DNA of 47,259 nt. It comes from Candidatus Woesearchaeota archaeon (lineage in GTDB: Archaea; Nanobdellota; Nanobdellia; Woesearchaeales; GW2011-AR9). The notes under the pieces are model-generated. The model made no database searches. It worked only from the letters and a program-made list of their open reading frames with translations, and was not told the DNA's origin. Location of the stretch: contig JACPCD010000006.1 in NCBI GenBank assembly GCA_016179955.1, forward strand, positions 1 through 47,259. The letters run 5' to 3'. Below, one piece after another: positions 26,249 to 34,166 of the stretch (the stretch's first letter is position 1; the number at the start of each line of letters is the position of its first letter). The position numbers and the translations under genes are program-made.

Positions 26249-27590
26249 TCATTTTTTTCACTTCGGCGGCAATTTCTTGTGCGTACTGCTCAATCTCCAG
26301 TTTATTCTTCCCCTCCACCATGATGCGGAGGAGTGGTTCTGTTCCGGAATACCGCACGAATACCCTGCCCCATTTTCCGAGTCTTTGTTCTACCCCTTTA
26401 ATAATCTTTACTACGGTTGGCATATCGTCCAATGGTTTCTTTTCTGATACCCTTACATTTAACAGCACTTGGGGATAATCAGTAAAGATTGAGCTTAATT
26501 CTGATAGTTTATGGCCGCTTTCTTTCATAATCTGTAGGATTTGTAAGGCCGAAATAGTCCCATCACCGGTCGTGGAATGATCAGCAAAAATAATGTGGCC
26601 ACTCTGCTCCCCACCCAAATTATAATCACCTCGGCGCATCTCTTCAATGACGTACCTATCTCCCGTCTGGACCAAAACCACATTGATCCCTTGTTCTTCC
26701 ATGGCTTGAATCAACCCTAAATTGCTGTAAGGCGTAGCGACGATGGTGTTCTTATGCAAAGAACCACTCTTCTTAAGGTGTATGGCGGCAATGGCAAGTA
26801 TCTTGTCGCCATTGATAACGTTGCCTAATTCATCCAGCATGATGAGGCGGTCTCCATCGCCGTCCAACGCTATTGCTGCGTCTGCTTTTTCTCGTAGAAC
26901 GTCTTCTTTGAGTAATTCCGGATGCATTGCCCCGCAATACTCATTGATATTTTTTCCATCGGGGTTTGCATTCTTCAGCACCACTTTCGCTCCCAACTCG
27001 GTCAGAATGTACTTGGTGATATGATAGGTAGCGCCGTTGGCACAATCGAGAACGACAGTTATCCCTTCCAGGCTGCGGTTGCGGATAGAATTCTTGGCGA
27101 ATTCAATATATCTTCCTCGTGCGTCGTTGACTCTATGGGCTTGTCCAATTTCAGCAATATGATCGGTATCGATTCCGTTCAGGGCTAAGGTTTCAATTTT
27201 TTCCTCAACCTCATCCGCAAGTTTAAATCCCTCCTTATCAAAGAATTTTATGCCATTGTCATAATAAGGGTTGTGCGAGGCTGATATTACCACTCCGCCA
27301 TCAGCGGCAAATGATTTTGTTAAATGTGCAATAGCGGGTGTGGGCATAGGTCCAAGAAAATAAACTTCAACGCCAGTTGACAATATTCCTGCTGCAAGGG
27401 CAAATTCAAGCATATAGCCGCTTAAGCGGGTATCTTTTCCAATAACAACCTTACATTTATGCTGATGGCCGTTCTGGAACGTTATTCCTGCGGCCCGGCC
27501 AATCTTAAGCGCCATCTTCGCAGTCATAGGATAAAGATTGGCCTTTCCCCGGATTCCATCGGTTCCAAACAATGCTCCTGCCATTGCCAT
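26226..27590 (-). CDS. glmM: phosphoglucosamine/phosphohexose mutase
   Basis: FGTDGIRG, active-site SASHNPYYDNGIKF, metal loop LDGDGDR, GEQSGH. Confidence 0.85.
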   Translation of the reverse strand: MAMAGALFGTDGIRGKANLYPMTAKMALKIGRAAGITFQNGHQHKCKVVIGKDTRLSGYMLEFALAAGILSTGVEVYFLGPMPTPAIAHLTKSFAADGGVVISASHNPYYDNGIKFFDKEGFKLADEVEEKIETLALNGIDTDHIAEIGQAHRVNDARGRYIEFAKNSIRNRSLEGITVVLDCANGATYHITKYILTELGAKVVLKNANPDGKNINEYCGAMHPELLKEDVLREKADAAIALDGDGDRLIMLDELGNVINGDKILAIAAIHLKKSGSLHKNTIVATPYSNLGLIQAMEEQGINVVLVQTGDRYVIEEMRRGDYNLGGEQSGHIIFADHSTTGDGTISALQILQIMKESGHKLSELSSIFTDYPQVLLNVRVSEKKPLDDMPTVVKIIKGVEQRLGKWGRVFVRYSGTEPLLRIMVEGKNKLEIEQYAQEIAAEVKKMSGYDGCY

Positions 27591-27658
27591 GAATCCTCAA
27601 AATAATCATTTATAAGTATTATTAAAGAAGAGTTCAAAAAGAAAAAGATGAAAAATGC

Positions 27659-28261
27659 TCACTCTTCCATAAACTCTTCCAGTTTTGCTGGCATCTCTTC
27701 ATCGCTTTTCAGCAATCCGCGTTTCTTCATATACTCGCGGGCGATGAGATAAAATACCAATCCCATGGACTTCTTTCCTTTATTGTTGCAGGGAACGACT
27801 AAATCTAAATTATTAGACTGGTTATTGGTATCGCAGAGCGCAATGACGGGTAAGCCGATTTTTGCCGCATCTTCAACCACATTCTTGTCCGGCCAAGGAT
27901 CACCGACAAAGATTATCTTGGGCTCAATGAACGTCTCCAGATTGGAGTTGGTGAGAATTCCCGGCGGATAGCGGCCGATGATGGTATGGATGCCCGTCAG
28001 CTTGCTCAATAATTTCAATCCCTTCCAGCCGGTCTCCCGTCGGCAGACGATCAGGATATCTTCCGGGTTATAATTGGCCAGCAGATTTGCGGCTAATCCA
28101 ATCCGCTCGTCGACTTTCTTGAGGTTGAGGACGCTCAGTCTGTCTGGCCGAGTCTTGTAAATAAAGTTGGCCATATATCTGGTCTTGAACTTGGTGCCGA
28201 TATGGATACCGCTTTTCAGGTATTCATTTGATTCGATCAATAAGTTTTCTTGTTCGGTCAT
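27659..28261 (-). CDS. rps2: 30S ribosomal protein S2 (uS2, archaeal type)
   Basis: YLKSGIHIGTKFKT..., VGDPWPDKNVVEDAAKIGLPVIALCDTN. Confidence 0.9.
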   Translation of the reverse strand: MTEQENLLIESNEYLKSGIHIGTKFKTRYMANFIYKTRPDRLSVLNLKKVDERIGLAANLLANYNPEDILIVCRRETGWKGLKLLSKLTGIHTIIGRYPPGILTNSNLETFIEPKIIFVGDPWPDKNVVEDAAKIGLPVIALCDTNNQSNNLDLVVPCNNKGKKSMGLVFYLIAREYMKKRGLLKSDEEMPAKLEEFMEE

Positions 28262-28581
28262 TTTTAGTATTCCTCCGGTACGTGGATATATGCTTTTTCA
28301 GGCAAGGATAGCAGCAACAAGAAATAATACTTTTCTTGTCTGCGGTTTCTTTTGCCTCACGCAGCGCTACCTAACCCTAGAGCGGGCAGGTGTTGGCTAT
28401 GCTCTTTTAGTTTTGGCGGTTATTTATAAACGTTTGGGGAGAATTGCCGTTTTTTTCCTAAACGGGACTTGGTTTTACTCTACTTTTTCCACCCCTTCCT
28501 TTACTGAACTTGGTCGATAGTCTCCATTATACAAAATATTATAAAGAGGCAGGCTTTGCTTCTCAAAGAGGTGTAGGTACT

Positions 28582-28797
28582 ATGGAAATCAACCATGCCA
28601 AAGATGTAGAAGAACATATCGGATCAGATGTAAGAGAACTTAAAAAACTAATACTGAAAATTGAAGCGATAGCCAAAGTTTGTAGAAATCAACCGGCATC
28701 AAAAGTTAAAAAGGAATTTGAAAGTTATGTAGAAGAACTGGAGATGATACATTTCAATGCAAAACAAACTTTACAAGGCGATTCTTTTAAAGAATAG
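28582..28797 (+). CDS. hypothetical small protein
   Basis: 71-aa helical ORF with ATATTATAAA about 40 nt upstream. No motif. Confidence 0.35.
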   Translation: MEINHAKDVEEHIGSDVRELKKLILKIEAIAKVCRNQPASKVKKEFESYVEELEMIHFNAKQTLQGDSFKE

Positions 28798-28821
28798 CAA
28801 TTGAGATGCTGTGCTTTAATC

Positions 28822-29493
28822 TCATGCCACTTCCTCCACCCCTTCCTTCACAATCCTGAACCGGACTTCCTTCCCTTCCGGCAGGGAGCGGTGCTTCCGC
28901 AATATCAACCCGCGGCAATTGTTGAACTTCTGTAACTCCATAAGACATTTTGAGCCGTACTTCAATAAATCTCCGCCGACCATCTTGACCTGGTCGCGAT
29001 GATCAAAGTCAGTGTAGACCTGCGTCGTCAGCAATACCGGAATCTTTTTCCGGCGGGCAATCTCCACCACATACGCAATCTGCCGGCCTAATGAAGAATT
29101 GACTTCATACACTTCCTCGTTTTTTCCTAATTCTAGCCTATAGAGCATAGAGACAGAATCAACGATAATCATGCCAATATGCTCATTGACCATCTCTCGT
29201 AGGGTCTCAAAGATTGCCTTTTGCTCTTCAAACGTCAGCGGATTAAAGAAAATAATTTTAGGCAGCACGTCCTCATAATTGCAGATTTGCTTAATACGTT
29301 CCACGGCGATACCGCCTTCAGTGTCCATAAAGATGATTTTCTTTCCCTGCTGGGCCAGATGGACCGCTGCTATCAGGCAGAGATTGGTCTTGCCCGAGCC
29401 GGAAGGACCATATATAGTGGTTACGATGTCGTTATCATAGCCGCCCTCTAAGAACTGGTCCAGAAAGGGCGCGCCGGTGGATATTTTAGCCAT
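28822..29493 (-). CDS. radB: DNA repair and recombination protein RadB
   Basis: Short RecA-family core with Walker A GPSGSGKTN and Walker B IIVDS, ~220 aa, and no N-terminal HhH domain. Confidence 0.85.
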   Translation of the reverse strand: MAKISTGAPFLDQFLEGGYDNDIVTTIYGPSGSGKTNLCLIAAVHLAQQGKKIIFMDTEGGIAVERIKQICNYEDVLPKIIFFNPLTFEEQKAIFETLREMVNEHIGMIIVDSVSMLYRLELGKNEEVYEVNSSLGRQIAYVVEIARRKKIPVLLTTQVYTDFDHRDQVKMVGGDLLKYGSKCLMELQKFNNCRGLILRKHRSLPEGKEVRFRIVKEGVEEVA

Positions 29494-29681
29494 AGCGGTT
29501 CAGATGGCGTTGTGGATATAAATATTTCGAGAATTTAATCGCCGGATTGTCCCTGCACTGATTAAGACTTTTGCTGGCTCCATCTTTGGAGATAAAGTTT
29601 AGGGCGTATTAGCTGGTTTTACGTTTATTTCCCCCATTTGTTAGGCTAAACTATTTAAATTACTGACCACTGCCAGCAACT

Positions 29682-30794
29682 ATGTTCACCATTACCTCCA
29701 AAGATGGAAAAGCACGCACTGGTATCATAAAAACCCCTCACGGAGAAATACGCACCCCCTGCTTTGTCCCATTAGCCACGCAAGGCAGCGTGAAAGCGAT
29801 GTTTCCCGCACTGCTGGATCAGATAGGGTTTGATTCCGTGATGTGTAATGCCTATCATCTCTACCTCCAGCCCGGTGTCGAAACCATCCATAAATTAGGC
29901 GGATTACATTCTTTTATAGGATATCCCAAACCCTTGTGGATGGACTCGGGAGGATTTCAAGTGTTCAGCCTGAAAGACTGCAAGGTGTCAGAAAAAGGAG
30001 TTACGTTCCGTTCCCATATCGATGCGTCATCCCATGCTCTCACCCCCGAAATGGCCATTACCATTCAACAGAAATTAGGGGCGGACATTATCTTCACCTT
30101 TGATCACTGCCTGGCGCATGACTCTGAGTATGCCATTGCCAAAGATGCCATGGAACGAACGCATCGCTGGGCTGCGCGGTGTCTGCTAGAGTTTAATAAG
30201 AAAAAAAACAAGCAGCTGCTCTATGGCGTAATCCAAGGCGGTAAGTATCCTGAGTTGCGGAAGGAAAGCGCTAAATTCATCGCTTCCCTGCCATTTGATG
30301 GCTTTGGCATGGGCAGCCTGTTCGGCGATCCCAAGGAAGAAACGCAGAAAATCGCGAGAGCAATGATGGATATCCTGCCGGAGGAGAAGTCCAAGCATTT
30401 CCTAGGCATTGGCTCGATTGATGATTTTTTTTATTATGTGGAAATGGGCGGGGACACCTTTGACTGTGTGCTCCCTACGCGCCTAGGGCGGATCGGCTAT
30501 GCGTTTATCCGTCCGGAAAGCGGTGGCAATACGAAGAATAAATTTCGGATGCGGATAACCAACACTAAATTCAAGCTGGATAAAAAGCCCCTCGATAGGC
30601 ATTGTTCCTGTTATGTCTGCCAGCATTTTTCACGAGCTTATGTACGGCATTTATGGAAAGCGCAGGAATTGTCGTTTTATACTTTGGTAACGTACCATAA
30701 TTTATATTTCTTCTATACTCTCATGCAGGAGATGCGTCAGGCCATTGAAAAAAGAAAATTTAAAGAATTAAAGAAACGATGGTTAAAGAATTAA
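29682..30794 (+). CDS. tgt: tRNA-guanine transglycosylase (catalytic domain only; no C-terminal PUA domain seen by eye)
   Basis: DGKARTGIIKTPHGEIRTPCFVPLATQGSVK, DSGGFQ, and the Zn site CSCYVCQHFSRAYVRHL. Confidence 0.85.
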   Translation: MFTITSKDGKARTGIIKTPHGEIRTPCFVPLATQGSVKAMFPALLDQIGFDSVMCNAYHLYLQPGVETIHKLGGLHSFIGYPKPLWMDSGGFQVFSLKDCKVSEKGVTFRSHIDASSHALTPEMAITIQQKLGADIIFTFDHCLAHDSEYAIAKDAMERTHRWAARCLLEFNKKKNKQLLYGVIQGGKYPELRKESAKFIASLPFDGFGMGSLFGDPKEETQKIARAMMDILPEEKSKHFLGIGSIDDFFYYVEMGGDTFDCVLPTRLGRIGYAFIRPESGGNTKNKFRMRITNTKFKLDKKPLDRHCSCYVCQHFSRAYVRHLWKAQELSFYTLVTYHNLYFFYTLMQEMRQAIEKRKFKELKKRWLKN

Positions 30795-30835
30795 CACCCC
30801 ATTTAAAGAAAAAAATTAAAAGATGAGGCTTTTAG

Positions 30836-31222
30836 TTACAGGCTGAAAGCCCACGGCGTGCTGATGGCCAGGAACATCAAGGCTGATCCTAACAAGGCCA
30901 TGTTCTTCATGAAGTTAACCATCTCTACCATTTTCTGCTCCGGAGGAACGGCCCAGAAATTATGCATGATGAAACTCACGGGTATCAAAAAGACCGCAAT
31001 AAGCAGCACGCCGATTTGCGGATAATAGCCGAGCAGGAAACTAAGTCCGCCTAAGAGCAGCAGCAATCCGGTTGCGGGAACCGCGAGCTTCGCAAGGGGA
31101 ACATTCTTTGATTTTGCGTAGCCCACCATCATCTTCATCTTGGCAAAATGATTGAAGCCGTTCATGATGAAATATAATCCCACTATAACTCTTCCAATCA
31201 AAAATAGTATTTCGTATGCCAT
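30836..31222 (-). CDS. DoxX-family membrane protein
   Basis: 4 TM segments, N-terminal LIGRVIVGLYFIMNGFNHF. Confidence 0.7.
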   Translation of the reverse strand: MAYEILFLIGRVIVGLYFIMNGFNHFAKMKMMVGYAKSKNVPLAKLAVPATGLLLLLGGLSFLLGYYPQIGVLLIAVFLIPVSFIMHNFWAVPPEQKMVEMVNFMKNMALLGSALMFLAISTPWAFSL

Positions 31223-31345
31223 ACGCACCACCTCAATGTTTTGAAAGGCCTGGTAGTTTTTAAGGGTTGCGGTGAAATGTGCGGAAATTTTGAGGGGTAA
31301 AGTTATAGGAATCTTTATAAGTATTGAAATTTAATTCTACGTTAG

Positions 31346-32200
31346 ATGAAAACTGAACTCATTGTTACTTTACAAAAATCATTTGAAGAGTATGCCCATA
31401 CAGTAGATAACGTTGAATTTTGGTATGCCCGGGACTTGCAAAAACTTTTGGATTATGACAAGTGGGAGAATTTTGCCCACGTTATTGATAAAGCAAAGGT
31501 TACATGTCAAAATTCTAAGCAAAGTGTTGATGACCATTTTGCCGGCGTCAGGAAAATGGTTTCACTCGGTTCTGGCGCCGAACGTCAAATAGATGATTTC
31601 ATGCTTACTCGTTACGCCTGCTATCTCATCGCCCAAAATGGCGATCCAAGAAAAGAACAAATTGCTTTTGCCCAAAGCTATTTTGCAGTTCAAACCAGAA
31701 AACAGGAGATAATAGAGCAAAGAATAGCTCTCATTGAAAGATTGACCGCACGGCAGAAATTAGTGGCTTCTGAAACTGAACTCTCCAAACTAATTTATGA
31801 ACGAGGTGTAGACGAAGCTGGTTTTGCTAGAATCAGAAGCAAAGGTGATGAGGCTTTGTTTGGTGGACTTACTACGTTGGAAATGAAAAATAAGCTGAAA
31901 ATCTCACAAAAAAGACCACTGGCTGATTTTCTGCCCACTATTACAATTACTGCAAAGAACCTAGCCGCAGAGATTACGAACTTTAATGTCAAGAAAGAAG
32001 ATCTCACTGGAGAAACTCCCATCACTCAAGAGCATGTTAGAAATAATGTAGATGTCAGAAAACTTCTTGCTAAAAGCGGCATAAAGCCGGAAGAATTGCC
32101 CCCAGAAGAAGATATTCAGAAACTGCAACGAAAAGTAAAATCTGAAGAAGAGAAAATTGCAGAAACATCAAAAAGGAAAGTGCAAAAGAGGTTAGGATAA
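31346..32200 (+). CDS. DinD-like (DNA-damage-inducible protein D family) protein
   Basis: From memory of E. coli DinD: DDHF, LTRYACYLIAQNGDP and QSYFAVQTRKQE are all present in the same order. Confidence 0.8.
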   Translation: MKTELIVTLQKSFEEYAHTVDNVEFWYARDLQKLLDYDKWENFAHVIDKAKVTCQNSKQSVDDHFAGVRKMVSLGSGAERQIDDFMLTRYACYLIAQNGDPRKEQIAFAQSYFAVQTRKQEIIEQRIALIERLTARQKLVASETELSKLIYERGVDEAGFARIRSKGDEALFGGLTTLEMKNKLKISQKRPLADFLPTITITAKNLAAEITNFNVKKEDLTGETPITQEHVRNNVDVRKLLAKSGIKPEELPPEEDIQKLQRKVKSEEEKIAETSKRKVQKRLG

Positions 32201-32859
32201 TGCCCTATAAATTCAGCCCCTCATCGCTCAGTTTATTGAAAGACTGCCCCTGCTGCTTCTGGCTGCATTTCAATAAAAAGATAAAACGGCCCGAGACTAT
32301 TTTTCCCTCACTGCCTTCAGGAATGGATAAAGTCCTCAAAGAGCATTTTGATTATTTTCGCAGGGAAAAGAAATTGCCGCCGGAATTGAAAGAATTAAAG
32401 GGGGTCAGCTTGTTCGATGATGAAGAACTGCTCAAGGTCTGGCAGAATAACCGCAAAGGTATTCAATGGACTGATGCAGATGGAAATGTGTTTCGGGGCG
32501 CCCTGGACATGCTGTTGCAGAAAGGAAAAAAATTGATAGTGCTTGATTTCAAAACCCGGGGCTATCCTACCAAAGAGGACACGCACCTTCACTATAAAGA
32601 CCAGCTTGACATTTACAATTTTCTCTTGCGGAAGAATGGCTATGCCACGGAAGATTATTCTTACCTGCTCTTTTATCATCCGCTGGGCGTTGATGCGGAT
32701 GGCAAGGTGAATTTCCATGCGCATCTGGTGAAGATGGACGTTGAGATCAAGAATGCCGAGCGGATAATTAAAGAGGCATTGAATGTTTTAGCTGGTGAAA
32801 TGCCTCCGACAGCCGAGAAATGCGGATTTTGTGAATGGGCGAAATGTGCTTCCACGTAA
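32200..32859 (+). CDS. PD-(D/E)XK nuclease with Cas4-like Fe-S cysteine set
   Basis: The core has GALD ... VLDFKTRGY (D...DxK). The cysteines are DCPCC near the N-terminus and CGFCEWAKC at the C-terminus. Its start overlaps the dinD-like stop (TAATG). Confidence 0.7.
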   Translation: MPYKFSPSSLSLLKDCPCCFWLHFNKKIKRPETIFPSLPSGMDKVLKEHFDYFRREKKLPPELKELKGVSLFDDEELLKVWQNNRKGIQWTDADGNVFRGALDMLLQKGKKLIVLDFKTRGYPTKEDTHLHYKDQLDIYNFLLRKNGYATEDYSYLLFYHPLGVDADGKVNFHAHLVKMDVEIKNAERIIKEALNVLAGEMPPTAEKCGFCEWAKCAST

Positions 32860-32957
32860 TGGGCAATAAGAATCCCTAATTTTTCGCTTGAGCAACTCCT
32901 TCCCGAATTATGGTACGAAGGAAGAATACAACATTAATATTCTTTGGGAGAAGGTAC

Positions 32958-33569
32958 TCAATCAACGAGCATATAAATTCCAAGTCCGGCTGTTCCCAGA
33001 CCAACGACTACTCCGACAACCCCTAATTCCATTAATGAATTATCCGTCCTGCAGGAATAACTGCTGGAATGCCCGCTACAAACTGCAACCTCACCATCAG
33101 TAACCAGCGGTACACTAATTAAAGTTACTAATGCTCCCGTCACAATAAGAACATACCCCAAAGAATCATTTTGCGTATTCCGCCGTGGCTCCGCCGGTGG
33201 AAGCGGGCCGTTTGCTGGCGATGGTTGCTGGGAATAAGAAGATGCTGGCCCTGTTGGAGGTGGAGATTGGAGATAAGGTGGTGCAGGCTCTTCGGGAGTT
33301 GTTGACGGGGAATTAGGATTGATGTAATATGTCCTGGGGCGATCGTCTTCATTAGTAGGAACATTCTGGGCCAAGGCATCCAGGTTAAAATCAGGAACTA
33401 ATCTCCGATGGTGAAGTGCAGCATAGCTCCTCTTCTGGATTTCTGCTGACGGGGAATACGATGGTTCTGGCTCGGCAGAGGCGGCCGCAGAGGTTAGCAG
33501 CGTTCCGGCAACCACTACCGGCATGATTATGGTTCTGTTGAGACGCTGCACAATGTTCTCTAATCCCAT
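32958..33569 (-). CDS. proline-rich membrane protein, unknown
   Basis: Signal/TM, a long Pro/Ser-rich low-complexity tract, and two C-terminal TM helices. Confidence 0.45.
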   Translation of the reverse strand: MGLENIVQRLNRTIIMPVVVAGTLLTSAAASAEPEPSYSPSAEIQKRSYAALHHRRLVPDFNLDALAQNVPTNEDDRPRTYYINPNSPSTTPEEPAPPYLQSPPPTGPASSYSQQPSPANGPLPPAEPRRNTQNDSLGYVLIVTGALVTLISVPLVTDGEVAVCSGHSSSYSCRTDNSLMELGVVGVVVGLGTAGLGIYMLVD

Positions 33570-33662
33570 GGAATGGCAAAATTAATCTTTGTATATAAAC
33601 TTTTTGCTATTATTTAGTAAAGAAACATAACATTTAAATAGAAACTAATAACTGGGCTGTCA

Positions 33663-34115
33663 ATGGGAAAGACTATTGAAAATCTGGTCAGGAGTACTCA
33701 GGGGCTTGCCACTGCCCTTGCATTTGTTTCTTTAACGTCATGTGCAGTTTATGCCCGGAGAGATTACAACCAGTATCCTGCCCACCGCAAAGAAATTGCC
33801 ATGTCTAACATGAGGGCAATTGCCCGTGATGGAAGAAGTATAATTATTGATAATTCTTATCTTTCTTTTAATTTCAATGAGTGTGTACGGTATCGTAGAG
33901 TGACTTCAGGGGGGCCCGTACGTATGGACTATGATGTTTGTGACCAAGAAGTATCTCATTCGGGGGAGATGTACTGGGGTTCTATCCGGAGAATAACTAC
34001 TGATGAACGTAAGGTAATAGTCTGTGATGATTCTTCCCGGTGTGTAACTTTAGGGTTTCGTGATTCCCGACAGGCGGCTGACTTTGCCGAGGCAATGAGT
34101 GTTTATCTTCAATAA
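33663..34115 (+). CDS. putative lipoprotein, unknown
   Basis: Signal with lipobox-like LTSC. No known motif. Confidence 0.45.
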   Translation: MGKTIENLVRSTQGLATALAFVSLTSCAVYARRDYNQYPAHRKEIAMSNMRAIARDGRSIIIDNSYLSFNFNECVRYRRVTSGGPVRMDYDVCDQEVSHSGEMYWGSIRRITTDERKVIVCDDSSRCVTLGFRDSRQAADFAEAMSVYLQ

Positions 34116-34166
34116 AAATAATAATTTGCGGGCGCAGGATTAATTCCTCTTCTTCATTAAATGTAT

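Noticed and set aside
28262-28509. About 250 bp of non-coding DNA between rps2 and the small + ORF, with a GC-richer core; considered as a possible ncRNA (5S, SRP or RNase P fragments)
   Set aside because: I could not fold or match it to any known RNA by eye. It contains TATA-like elements in both orientations, so it is probably just a divergent promoter region. The 327-bp spacer at 24096-24422 gave a similar result.
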